The notes beneath the pieces are model-generated. The model did no database searches. It saw only the letters and a program-made list of their open reading frames with translations, and was not told the origin of the DNA. This document shows, one piece after another, positions 1 through 9,702 of a stretch of 64,000 nucleotides of DNA; within the stretch, counting starts at the first letter, position 1; the number at the start of each line of letters is the position of its first letter. Both the position numbers and the translations under genes were made by a program. The stretch is from Alphaproteobacteria bacterium (GTDB lineage Bacteria > Pseudomonadota > Alphaproteobacteria > CAAGCB01 > CAG-977), in contig JAKSVT010000003.1 of NCBI GenBank assembly GCA_024407875.1, forward strand, positions 19,563 to 83,562, in the 5' to 3' direction.

Positions 1-176
1 TAAAAATTAATTTTTAATTAAATTTAAGATTTATTAATAAAAAGTGCAAGCAAAAAAAATTAAAAAAGTTAATTTTTTTTACAATATTTTTAATATAATT
101 GTTTTTTATGTTTATTTTTTAGCTAAGTTAAGTATATTGAATTTAAAAAGTTTAGAGATTTTAGAGTGTTTCTTAA

Positions 177-1553
177 ATGGATGATCGCTTAAAAAGTTTA
201 ATAGACGATATAAATCAATTGCCTGAATGCAAGAGTTTCGGGCAAGTTTGCTCTGTTAAAGGGATGCTTGTTGAAATTACGGGCGTTCGTTCAGAATTAT
301 CTGTTGGCGATCAATGCTTTATTATAGCAAGAGGTGGAAAAAGGGTTCCTGCTGAAGTTGTAGGCTTCAATTATAAATCAGATAAAGTTTTGTTAATGCC
401 ATTTACAAATTTAGATGGTGTAGGTCCAGGTAATCCAGTAGATGTTAGCACTAAATTACCAGTTTTATATCCTGATGAAAGCTGGTTAGGCAGAGTTATT
501 AATGCAATGGGTGAGCCTGTTGATGGTAAAGGTCCATTAAAGAAAGGAAATATTCCTTGTTTAATTCATAATATGCCTCCTCCTGCTAATTCTCGTGAAC
601 GTGTTGCTGGAAAGGCTGATTTAGGTGTTCGTGCTATTAATACGTTTTTGACTTTGTGTAAAGGCCAACGTATGGGTATTTTTGCGGGATCTGGTGTTGG
701 AAAATCTTCATTAATGTCTATGATGGCAAGACATACAAAATTAGACGTTACAGTTTTAGGTTTAATTGGCGAACGTGGAAGAGAAGCAAGAGAATTTATT
801 GAAGATGACTTAGGTCCAGAGGGTATGAGCCGAAGCATTGTTGTTGTTGCAACATCCGATGAAAGTCCATTAATGCGCCGTCAAGCAGCACACGTTGCTA
901 TGACAATTTCTGAATATTTTAGAGATAAAAAACAAAATGTTCTTTGTATGATGGATAGTATTACTCGTTTTGCAATGGCACAACGTGAGATTTCATTATC
1001 TGCTGGTGAACCTCCTGCAACAAAAGGTTATACTCCGACAGTGTTTGCAGAGCTGCCTAGATTGCTTGAACGTGCAGGTCCAGGACCGATTGGAAAAGGT
1101 TCTATTACAGGATTGTTTACAGTGTTGGTTGATGGTGATGATCATAATGAGCCTATTGCTGATGCTGTTCGTGGTATTTTAGATGGACATATTGTTTTAG
1201 AGCGTTCTATTGCTGAAAGAAATAGATATCCTGCAGTAAATATTTTGCGTAGTATTTCAAGAACCATGCCTGGTTGTAATAATGATGAGGAAAATGCTTT
1301 AGTTAATAAAGCAAGATCTTTAATTTCAGCATATGAAGATATGGCAGAACTTATTCGTTTAGGTGCTTACATTGAAGGCTCAAATGAAAAAGTTGATGAA
1401 GCTATTTTCTATTATGATAAAATTGAAGCGTTTTTATCACAGAAAAAGAAAGAAAAAGTTGATTTTGCAACAGGTTATAAACAATTAGCTGATATATTAA
1501 ATGAAAAGCGTGGTCAATCTACGCAAAATCCAAATACAACAATACAACGATAA
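177..1553 (+). CDS. fliI: Flagellar export ATPase FliI
   Basis: GQRMGIFAGSGVGKS Walker A, LIGERGRE, DSITRFAMAQREI, LDGHIVL motifs; followed by fliJ. Confidence 0.96.
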   Translation: MDDRLKSLIDDINQLPECKSFGQVCSVKGMLVEITGVRSELSVGDQCFIIARGGKRVPAEVVGFNYKSDKVLLMPFTNLDGVGPGNPVDVSTKLPVLYPDESWLGRVINAMGEPVDGKGPLKKGNIPCLIHNMPPPANSRERVAGKADLGVRAINTFLTLCKGQRMGIFAGSGVGKSSLMSMMARHTKLDVTVLGLIGERGREAREFIEDDLGPEGMSRSIVVVATSDESPLMRRQAAHVAMTISEYFRDKKQNVLCMMDSITRFAMAQREISLSAGEPPATKGYTPTVFAELPRLLERAGPGPIGKGSITGLFTVLVDGDDHNEPIADAVRGILDGHIVLERSIAERNRYPAVNILRSISRTMPGCNNDEENALVNKARSLISAYEDMAELIRLGAYIEGSNEKVDEAIFYYDKIEAFLSQKKKEKVDFATGYKQLADILNEKRGQSTQNPNTTIQR

Positions 1554-1565
1554 TATAGTCGATAA

Positions 1566-2027
1566 ATGGCTGGCGAACGTAGTATAAAAACTTTGATAAA
1601 ACTTGAAAAGACCAGGTTAGATGAAAAACAAAGGGCTTTAGGTCGTTTATTACGTTTTGAAAAATCTCTTAAAAATCGTAAAATTTTGTTAGCAAATCAA
1701 TTTATAGAAGAAGAAAAAGTTGCTAAAATAGACCAAGTAGCTGCTTTGACTTTTGGTGCATATGTTGATTGGAATATCAATGAAAATAAACGTGTTGATA
1801 AAGCACTAGCCGAAACAAAATCTGAAATTCGTGTTATGAGAATTGATATTCGTGAATCTTTTAGAGAAATTAAGACACTAGAGATTGTTTTGGAAAATAG
1901 AAGAAAGCGTGCAAGAATGGAACAAGAGAGAAAAGATAATGCTTTCTTGGACGAAGTTGGTCTTAATTTGTATAGAAGAAGACAAGAAGAAGATAGAGAA
2001 GAAAATGGTGAGACTGAAGACGAATAA
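1566..2027 (+). CDS. fliJ: Flagellar export protein FliJ
   Basis: 153 aa coiled coil directly after fliI; C-terminal E.K..E...E...LDE pattern. Confidence 0.8.
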   Translation: MAGERSIKTLIKLEKTRLDEKQRALGRLLRFEKSLKNRKILLANQFIEEEKVAKIDQVAALTFGAYVDWNINENKRVDKALAETKSEIRVMRIDIRESFREIKTLEIVLENRRKRARMEQERKDNAFLDEVGLNLYRRRQEEDREENGETEDE

Positions 2028-2101
2028 GTGCTTTAGTTAGTGTAACCTAATATAAGTTTTTCCGTTATATAATTAAGGAATAATTTGGTAGATTATGTGT
2101 C

Positions 2102-2284
2102 ATGGAAAAAGAAAATATGATTAATGCTTCAGATTTAGAAAAATCAGAAATAGTTGAATTGTCTGATGATAATTTAAATGACATTTCTGCAGGAAATAAT
2201 GGCGGAAAAATAGATAAACTACAAAATATATCATTAGAAGATTTATATAAGAATGGCCATGTGGGTGTTTATTTAGGACATTAA
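2102..2284 (+). CDS. Small peptide with a bacteriocin-type (double-glycine-like) leader
   Basis: ELSDDNLNDISAG resembles the ELSxxELxxIxGG leader; start could be 2117. Confidence 0.45.
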   Translation: MEKENMINASDLEKSEIVELSDDNLNDISAGNNGGKIDKLQNISLEDLYKNGHVGVYLGH

Positions 2285-2310
2285 AATCTTATAAATTATG
2301 TTAAAAATGC

Positions 2311-2355
2311 TTGATGTTCTCCATATAGTCCATTATAATTGGACTATGAGGAGAA
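2311..2355 (+). promoter_or_regulatory. sigma70 promoter with overlapping inverted-repeat operator for abiE
   Basis: TTGATG(2311)-17 nt-TATAAT(2334); inverted repeat ATAGTCCA(2325-2332)/TGGACTAT(2340-2347) flanks the -10 and extends imperfectly to TTCTCC/GGAGAA. Confidence 0.7.
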
Positions 2356-2358
2356 AAT

Positions 2359-2946
2359 ATGATATATTCTTATGATGATTTAAAAATTAAATTTAGCGAT
2401 TATGCTAAAATTAAAGACAAAATATGTAGAGAAGTGCAATCAGGAAAATTAATTCCTATTGTGCGAGAGCTATATGAATCAGATGCGGCAACAGATGGAA
2501 AATATTTAGCCAGTCGTATTTATGGACCGTCATATTTATCTTTTGATTTTGCATTATATGTTTATTCGCTTATACCAGAAGCTGTATATAAAACATATAC
2601 TTCCGCAACATTTAATAAGCGCCGAACTAAAAAGTATCAAAATCATTTTGGAATTTATACTTATAGAGATGTTCCTTCAAAGGTTTATTCTTTAGGCGTT
2701 CTTATCCATGAAGAAAATGGCTATTCTTATCAAATAGCAACTCCTGAAAAGGCTTTGTGTGATAAGTTATATACAATTTCCCCTGTTAGTAATTTAAAAG
2801 AATTAAAAGAACTTTTGTTCGAAGATTTACGTATAGATGAAAGTGATTTTGTAAAGTTAGATATGAAAGTATTAGAAACTTTGTCTCCTTTGTATCATTC
2901 AACAAATCTTTATTTGTTAGCTAAGCTTATAAGGAAGTTTATTTAA
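2359..2946 (+). CDS. AbiEi-family antitoxin / transcriptional regulator (type IV TA)
   Basis: PSYLSFDFALYVYSLIPE and IATPEKALCDKLY motifs; coupled to the downstream nucleotidyltransferase. Confidence 0.85.
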   Translation: MIYSYDDLKIKFSDYAKIKDKICREVQSGKLIPIVRELYESDAATDGKYLASRIYGPSYLSFDFALYVYSLIPEAVYKTYTSATFNKRRTKKYQNHFGIYTYRDVPSKVYSLGVLIHEENGYSYQIATPEKALCDKLYTISPVSNLKELKELLFEDLRIDESDFVKLDMKVLETLSPLYHSTNLYLLAKLIRKFI

Positions 2947-3803
2947 TGCAAACAATTTTAACTCAGATGTTATCTAGATATGATGCGAATAATATTGAAG
3001 AAAAGAAAAATGCTATAAAAGAAGTCGTGCAAGAAATTGCTTTATGTGGTTTGGCAAGAGCGGGCTTTTTTAAACAAGCTGCTTTTTATGGAGGTACAGC
3101 TCTTCGTATATTTTACGGCCTTGATAGATTTTCTGAAGATTTAGATTTTTCTCTTATAACGTCAAATCTTGATTTTGAATTGTCTCCTTATTTTAGTGGT
3201 TTAAAAAAGGAATTAGCTTCAGTTGGCCTTAATTTCCAAATAGAAGAAAAATTAAAATCTAATGATTCTTATATTAGATCAGCTTTTTTAAAAGGAAATA
3301 CAAAGGAACATATTATTAGCATTTATGATGAACAAAATAATTATATAAATCCTAATGAAGTTATCAAAATAAAATTTGAGATTGATGTCAATCCTCCAAA
3401 GTTTGCAACTTTTGAAAATAAATATAGGCTATTACCATCACCATACGAAGTTAAACTTTATGATAAGTCTTCTTTATTTGCCGGTAAAGTTCATGCTGTA
3501 ATTTGTAGATCTTGGAAAAATCGCATTAAAGGTAGAGATTTATATGATTATGTTTTTTATTTATCTAATCAAATAAAAATAAATTTACCTCATTTACGTG
3601 CTAGATTAGAAGATAGTGATGTTTTAAAAGAAGAAAGTTTGTTTACAATGGATATTTTAAAGCAAATGTTAATTGATAGATTTGACATAATTGATTTTGA
3701 TGCGGCAAAAAATGATGTAATTCAGTTTACTAAAGATCCTAGTAAATTAGATTTATGGAGCAAAGATTTTTTCGTAAAAATAACTGAAAACTTTTTAGAA
3801 TAA
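2946..3803 (+). CDS. AbiEii/AbiGii-family nucleotidyltransferase toxin
   Basis: FYGGTALRIFYGLDRFSEDLDF, KIKFEID, K.HA, KGRDLYD motifs; TAATG overlap with the antitoxin. Confidence 0.9.
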   Translation: MQTILTQMLSRYDANNIEEKKNAIKEVVQEIALCGLARAGFFKQAAFYGGTALRIFYGLDRFSEDLDFSLITSNLDFELSPYFSGLKKELASVGLNFQIEEKLKSNDSYIRSAFLKGNTKEHIISIYDEQNNYINPNEVIKIKFEIDVNPPKFATFENKYRLLPSPYEVKLYDKSSLFAGKVHAVICRSWKNRIKGRDLYDYVFYLSNQIKINLPHLRARLEDSDVLKEESLFTMDILKQMLIDRFDIIDFDAAKNDVIQFTKDPSKLDLWSKDFFVKITENFLE

Positions 3804-3806
3804 TAA

Positions 3807-4691
3807 TTACCAGTTTTCTTGGTAAGAATTGCTTTTTTTAGAAACTTTACCTGTTGCAAAATTTGCAGTTGTAATAAAATTATAAGCTAAATCACAAATA
3901 ATTTTATCTTTAAGCAATCCAATCCTTGGTTTGTTAATTGCCAAATAAGACAGTCTAGCTTTGGGATCTTTCATATCACATACAGGAACAAAACCATCGT
4001 TATCCATTTTAAACCATGGTGTGAAACCTTTTTTATCTCCTTTTCCACCATAGATAGTGGCATAATCTTTATTCATATCTGGTATTAATTCAATATTCTT
4101 TTCAAGTAATAAATAACGAGCTTCACCAAATAAGAATTTAAACCAGAGCTTATTATGTTGGCTTTGGAAAATTTTATATCCTTTTGTTGCACATGATATG
4201 AATACTGATCTATTGTATTTTTCCAACCAAGCTGGGTCTTTTGAAATAGCTTGTCTTAATATAAAAGCACCTGTTCCACTACATACAAAAGAAATTTCTG
4301 TCAAATCTCCACGAGAGTTTAATAAAGCATTTAATAATTCTGCATTGTGAATAAAATCATGTCTGAGCATTGGATAAGAGAAATATATAATTTCATATTT
4401 CTTTTTAAATTTTAAAGCCATTTCATCAAATTGGGCAGGTCTTTCATGAAGTCCATGGATAAAGACTATAGCTCTAGATGAAACAGGCTTTTGTAATTTC
4501 CAACGCTCTTCTATGTATTCTAGTTTATCTTTGCAAGCATCAAATTTCCCACTAAATCTACGTATTTGGTAAGGATCTAATAATCTGCAACGTTTAGTCC
4601 AAATGTTACGTTGAATACGCCAACCATTGAAAGTATATACATCAATCCAATAATACATACCCCCAAATGTAAAAAATTGAAAATTCAACAT
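3807..4691 (-). CDS. Alpha/beta-hydrolase-fold protein with degenerate catalytic motifs
   Basis: IVFIHGL and NDGFV motifs; GGxxxWxD/WRIQ/CRLLD N-terminal domain; elbow reads FVCSGTGA. Confidence 0.6.
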   Translation of the reverse strand: MLNFQFFTFGGMYYWIDVYTFNGWRIQRNIWTKRCRLLDPYQIRRFSGKFDACKDKLEYIEERWKLQKPVSSRAIVFIHGLHERPAQFDEMALKFKKKYEIIYFSYPMLRHDFIHNAELLNALLNSRGDLTEISFVCSGTGAFILRQAISKDPAWLEKYNRSVFISCATKGYKIFQSQHNKLWFKFLFGEARYLLLEKNIELIPDMNKDYATIYGGKGDKKGFTPWFKMDNDGFVPVCDMKDPKARLSYLAINKPRIGLLKDKIICDLAYNFITTANFATGKVSKKSNSYQENW

Positions 4692-4705
4692 ATTGAACTC
4701 CTTTA

Positions 4706-6817
4706 TTATAATTGTCCTAACATACGTATTTTTGCTCTAGAATGTACTTCTGCTTGGCTCATGACAAATGTTGATGGGCGAGAACGACGAATTATTTGTC
4801 TTACATAAGGTCTAATTTGTGGACTTGTAAGTAATACAGGTGTTTCACCTTTTGCAGCTAAGTCTTCAAATACTGCTCTTACACGTTGTGTAAATTGTTG
4901 AATTTGTGTTGGAGGCAATTGTAGAGACTTTTCGTCACCTTGTCCAACCAAGTTTTCTTGGAAAGCTTGTTCCCATTGACCACCTAATTGTACAAATGGT
5001 AAAAATCCATTGCTATCTAAATAAGCGTTTGTAATTTGTCTTGATAACTTAATTCTACAAAGTTCTGTCATTACCATTAAACTTTGGGTTGAACCATGAG
5101 CTTCGCCAATACCTTCTAAAATTGTAGGTAAATCACGAATGGAAACACGTTCTTCTAATAGATTTTGTAAGATATGTTGAATAGTTACAATATTAGTATG
5201 CTTCAGAATTTCTTTTACTAATTCTTGTTGTTCTTTATCTAAATCATCAATTAACTTCTTGGTTTCAGTAAAGCTTAATAATTCAGACATATTAGCTTTT
5301 ACCATTTCTGTAATATGAGTTGTGATAATTGTTGGACAATCAACAACAGTGTATCCTCTAAATGAAGCGTCTTCACGCATGGATGTATCAATCCACGTTG
5401 CAGGTAATCCAAAAGTAGGTTCTTTTGTTTCTTCACCAGGAATAGCAATCTTTTGTCCCATAGGATCCATAACTAATAATTTGTTAGGACGTAATTCTCC
5501 TCTACCAACTTCTGTTTCTTTAATTAAAATAACATATTGGTTTTGTGATAAACGCATATTATCTTGAATACGAACAGAAGGCATTACAAAACCCATTTCT
5601 TGTGCAAGGTTTCTACGCAACGCCTTAATTTGTTCTGTTAATCTTCTGTTAGAAGTATCATTAATTAACGATAATAGGCTATATCCTAATTCCAAACGAA
5701 CCAAGTCCATCTTTAAAATTTCTGGCATTGGTGTTTCAACAGCAGGAGGAGGTGTTTCTGGAGGTTTTTCCATAGCACGACGTGCTTCTTCTTTCTTTGC
5801 TTTTTCATGGCTAGAATAAAGAAAATATGCAATTCCACCTGTAACCGAACTTAATAAAATAAAAGGAATAGCAGGAGTTCCAGGTAACGTTGCAAGCATG
5901 AATGACAAGAAAGATGTCATACCTAATGATTTAGGATAGTGAGATAATTGTCCAAATAAAACTTTTTCTGTTCCACCAGAGATACCAGCTTTAGAAACCA
6001 TGATACCAGCAGCAACAGAAACAATCAAAGCAGGAACTTGAGAAACTAGACCATCACCAACAGTTAATCGCATGTAGGTGTTAGCAGCTTTCATAAATTC
6101 CATATTTTGTTGGATAACACCAATTAAAATACCAGCAATAATATTAATTGCTGTAATAATTAAGCCAGCAATAGCATCTCCACGTACGAATTTAGAGGCA
6201 CCATCCATAGCTCCGTAGAATGAAGATTCTTGTTGTAATTCATCGCGTCTAACTCTTGCAGTAGGTTCATCAATTAAACCACTCGATAAGTCAGCATCAA
6301 TAGCCATTTGTTTACCAGGCATAGCATCTAATGCAAAACGAGCAGCAACTTCAGCGATACGACCAGAACCTTTAGTAATAACCATGAAGTTAACCAATAC
6401 TAAGATTGCGAAAACGATAACACCGATAATAAAGTTGCCACGCATGATAAATCCACCAAATGCAGCAATAACATTACCAGCAGCGGCAGGGCCTTTATAA
6501 CCATCAGATAGAATAAGTCTAGTTGATGATAAGTTTAGTGCTAGACGGTACAATGTGGTTAACAACAAAATCAAAGGGAAAGATGTAAATTGAATAGGTT
6601 TCTCAATGAAAATTGATGTCATTAAAACCAATACAGATATTGTAATAGATAAAGCTAATGCAATATCTAACATCCATGTTGCTAAAGGTAAAATCAAAAT
6701 TACCAATAAGCAAACAATAAAAAAAGCTAAGGCAATATCTTTACGTTTTGCTAATATGCCTAAACTGTTTTTAATATTACTAACATTTGCTTTAGGTAAT
6801 GCTGGAGTATCTGCCAT
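4706..6817 (-). CDS. flhA: Flagellar export gate protein FlhA
   Basis: TKGSGRIAEVAARFALDAMPGKQMAIDADL, FYGAMDGASKFVRGDA motifs. Confidence 0.97.
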   Translation of the reverse strand: MADTPALPKANVSNIKNSLGILAKRKDIALAFFIVCLLVILILPLATWMLDIALALSITISVLVLMTSIFIEKPIQFTSFPLILLLTTLYRLALNLSSTRLILSDGYKGPAAAGNVIAAFGGFIMRGNFIIGVIVFAILVLVNFMVITKGSGRIAEVAARFALDAMPGKQMAIDADLSSGLIDEPTARVRRDELQQESSFYGAMDGASKFVRGDAIAGLIITAINIIAGILIGVIQQNMEFMKAANTYMRLTVGDGLVSQVPALIVSVAAGIMVSKAGISGGTEKVLFGQLSHYPKSLGMTSFLSFMLATLPGTPAIPFILLSSVTGGIAYFLYSSHEKAKKEEARRAMEKPPETPPPAVETPMPEILKMDLVRLELGYSLLSLINDTSNRRLTEQIKALRRNLAQEMGFVMPSVRIQDNMRLSQNQYVILIKETEVGRGELRPNKLLVMDPMGQKIAIPGEETKEPTFGLPATWIDTSMREDASFRGYTVVDCPTIITTHITEMVKANMSELLSFTETKKLIDDLDKEQQELVKEILKHTNIVTIQHILQNLLEERVSIRDLPTILEGIGEAHGSTQSLMVMTELCRIKLSRQITNAYLDSNGFLPFVQLGGQWEQAFQENLVGQGDEKSLQLPPTQIQQFTQRVRAVFEDLAAKGETPVLLTSPQIRPYVRQIIRRSRPSTFVMSQAEVHSRAKIRMLGQL

Positions 6818-6822
6818 TTAGA

Positions 6823-8160
6823 TTAATCCATCATATTATTTGGTGCAGGTGGAATATCTACGCCGTGAGCAGAATATTGGTTTAATTTATTACGTAATGT
6901 TCTTATAGAAATGCCAAGAATTGTAGCGGCATGTGTTCTATTTCCATAAGTGCTTTTTAATGTATCTAAAATTAAATCTTGTTCAACTTCAGCAACTGTT
7001 CTTCCAACTAAATTTGAGACACCTTCATTATTTTCTTGGATGTTTGTTGTTGTACCTTCTTCAGCTTCAGATAAAATTATGTCTTCAGGCATAATTTGTG
7101 GTGTAATTGATAAAATTACAGCACGTTGAACAGTATTTTCTAATTCACGAACATTTCCTGGCCATGAATAGTTTTCTAATTTTGTTTTAGCTTCTAAAGA
7201 TAATTCCTTTTTCTTTACATCATTTAATTCAGAGTAAATATCAATAAAGTGATTTACTAAAGGAATTATATCGCCTTTTCTTTCTCTTAAAGCTGGCAAA
7301 GCCAAGTTAACAACGTTCAATCTAAAATATAAGTCTTCTCTGAATGTTTTATTTTGAACTTCTGTTTTCATATTTCTATTTGATGTTGCCAAAATTCTGA
7401 CATCAACTTTTACAGGAGCTTTTCCTCCTAATCTATCTACTTGTCTTTCTTGGATTACACGTAATAATTTTGCTTGTAATCTTAGATCCATTTCAGAAAT
7501 TTCATCTAATAAAATTGTTCCGCCATTAGCTTCTTCAAATTTACCAATATGCCTTGAAACAGCACCTGTAAATGCACCTTTTTCATAACCAAAAAGTTCA
7601 GATTCTAATAAATTTTCTGGAATAGCAGCACAGTTTACAGCAACAAATGGACCGCTAGCACGTTTTGAATTTTCATGTAAAAATCTTGCAAAAACTTCTT
7701 TACCTGTTCCTGACTCACCAGTAATTAAAACACTAGCTGTTGAAGGGGCTATTTGTTTTGCCATTTGCAATACACGTTCTGTTTTTGGATCAGCATAAAC
7801 AACAGGATGTTTTTCTTCTGTGAATGATGCAAGTACAGCACCGATTAATTCAGCATCAGGAGGTAATGGTATATATTCTTTAGCACCAGCTTTAATGGCT
7901 CGAACAGCTGTTTGTGCATCTTGGGCAATACCACAAGCAATAACAGGAATTACTCTTTTTTCATCATTTAGGGCTTCTGTTAATTTGCTAATATCCTCTT
8001 TAACGTCGCACATGATGACGTCAACAGATAATCCATTATGAAATTTATCTAATGCATCATTAATATCATTGGCTAAATTAACAGTGCCTCCCTTGGCCAG
8101 CGCAATTTTCCCCGCTGCCCCAATTTGACCGTTCATAGATCCAATTAATAATAAACGCAT
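6823..8160 (-). CDS. flbD: sigma54-dependent flagellar activator FlbD
   Basis: Receiver domain, GESGTGKE, GAFTGA, WPGNVRELEN, Fis-type HTH; fliN-flbD-flhA order. Confidence 0.88.
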   Translation of the reverse strand: MRLLLIGSMNGQIGAAGKIALAKGGTVNLANDINDALDKFHNGLSVDVIMCDVKEDISKLTEALNDEKRVIPVIACGIAQDAQTAVRAIKAGAKEYIPLPPDAELIGAVLASFTEEKHPVVYADPKTERVLQMAKQIAPSTASVLITGESGTGKEVFARFLHENSKRASGPFVAVNCAAIPENLLESELFGYEKGAFTGAVSRHIGKFEEANGGTILLDEISEMDLRLQAKLLRVIQERQVDRLGGKAPVKVDVRILATSNRNMKTEVQNKTFREDLYFRLNVVNLALPALRERKGDIIPLVNHFIDIYSELNDVKKKELSLEAKTKLENYSWPGNVRELENTVQRAVILSITPQIMPEDIILSEAEEGTTTNIQENNEGVSNLVGRTVAEVEQDLILDTLKSTYGNRTHAATILGISIRTLRNKLNQYSAHGVDIPPAPNNMMD

Positions 8161-8177
8161 TTATTCTGAATTCCTTA

Positions 8178-8525
8178 TTATTTGTCAGATTTAATAATTT
8201 CTGTCATTGTCACGCCAAGGTTGCCAGTAGAAGTAATCAAAGCTTCACCACGAGCAACTAATCTATTGTTTACGTAAATATCAATAGATTCACCAACTTT
8301 TCTATCTAATTTTACAACGCTGCCACGACCCAATTTTAACAATTCATGAACTTCCATTGTTGCTTTTCCCAATACTGTTGAAACAGCAACAGGAATATCA
8401 TAAACAGCTTCTAGATCTGAAGATGATTTTGGCTTTTCTGGTAATGGCTTTTCATATTTTGATAATTTATCTTCATTACCTGATAAGTCACTTAAATTTT
8501 CATCTTTTATTGTTTCATCAGCCAT
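8178..8525 (-). CDS. fliN: Flagellar motor switch protein FliN
   Basis: LEAVYDIPVAVSTVLG...LDRKVGESIDIYVNNRLVARGE SpoA domain. Confidence 0.93.
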   Translation of the reverse strand: MADETIKDENLSDLSGNEDKLSKYEKPLPEKPKSSSDLEAVYDIPVAVSTVLGKATMEVHELLKLGRGSVVKLDRKVGESIDIYVNNRLVARGEALITSTGNLGVTMTEIIKSDK

Positions 8526-8582
8526 TTTATTGTCCTCATTAAACTTTTTATTATAACGTTATAATAATTTGTTTGTGTTAAA

Positions 8583-9671
8583 TTATTCCTTAAAAGTATC
8601 TACTAATTTTTCAGTCTCTTCTACTAAATCTGATACACTTCTTTTTAAAAATCCATGATTCCATTCAACTATGCAATCAGATAACCCTAATTTTCCATCC
8701 TTTAATAACGCCAATTTTCCCGAATATCCATTAGATTTAACCAATTCAGATAGTCTTGGCTTTATTCCTTCTAAGATATCGGGATTTATTTTTAAAGTGA
8801 TTTTAGGCTCTTCTCTTAAAAAATGGAAGTTTTTTTCTAACATATTTACAATTTCATCGATACCATGGTCTTTTTCTAAAGTAGGAAAAAGCTTTTTTAT
8901 TATAGATAATGCTAAATTTGTTGTAGTATCAAAAGAATTGTTTGCACTGTTAGATATTAATTCGCCTTGTTTATCAATTTCTTCACAAATATGACTTAAA
9001 GAGTTCTGTATTGATGTTTCATTAGCTTGTTGTGCGTCATTTGTTCCTAAAGCATATCCATCAGCTTTTCCTTTGTTATAAGCTTCTTCTTTTGTTGCTT
9101 CAATGGCTTCATTTAGTCTAGCTTCAAGTTCTTCTTTTGTATAAAGTAGGCCTTGTTTTCTTAATTCATTTACAGGTTCAGGCAAGACTTCTTTTTTAGG
9201 CTCTTCTTGAGGAACTTCATTATCTGTAGTCTCTTCTTTTGCATCAGTTGAGACTAAATTTTCATCTGCTGACTTGGGTTCTTCTTGGTAGATTTCTTGA
9301 GAAGTTTCGTTATTTTCTTGAATAGCAGGTTCTTCTATGGAAGGCTTTTTTTCCTCATGGAGTTCATCATCAAGCTTTTTTTCTTCTTCTAATTCTGTCT
9401 TTGATTTAGAATGCTTTCCAATATTAACACGATCTTCAGTAATTTGACCTTCAGTTCTTAATTTTTTAATTTCATCAGTATCTAAATCTTTATCAGTATC
9501 TAATACTAATTTTGAGTTTATAGATCCTAATAAATCAGAGATACTTATCATTCCAGATGGAGTTTCCTCTTTTTTGCCTGAAGAATTTTCTTCTAGTTCA
9601 GGTACAAATTCATAAACTTCATCCGGATCATCAAAATCACGATCGAACATAAATCGTAACTTATCTGCCAT
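8583..9671 (-). CDS. fliH: Flagellar assembly protein FliH with acidic N-terminal extension
   Basis: RFMFDRDFD N-terminus, AYNKGKADGYALG (AxxxG) repeats, DCIVEWNHG C-terminus; lies between fliG and fliN. Confidence 0.8.
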   Translation of the reverse strand: MADKLRFMFDRDFDDPDEVYEFVPELEENSSGKKEETPSGMISISDLLGSINSKLVLDTDKDLDTDEIKKLRTEGQITEDRVNIGKHSKSKTELEEEKKLDDELHEEKKPSIEEPAIQENNETSQEIYQEEPKSADENLVSTDAKEETTDNEVPQEEPKKEVLPEPVNELRKQGLLYTKEELEARLNEAIEATKEEAYNKGKADGYALGTNDAQQANETSIQNSLSHICEEIDKQGELISNSANNSFDTTTNLALSIIKKLFPTLEKDHGIDEIVNMLEKNFHFLREEPKITLKINPDILEGIKPRLSELVKSNGYSGKLALLKDGKLGLSDCIVEWNHGFLKRSVSDLVEETEKLVDTFKE

Positions 9672-9702
9672 TTATAAATTCCTATAAACTCATATATTAA
9701 GA

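Noticed and set aside
7-21. CtrA box TTAA-N7-TTAA upstream of fliI
   Set aside because: Biologically plausible, but the region is almost entirely A/T, so the match is expected by chance.
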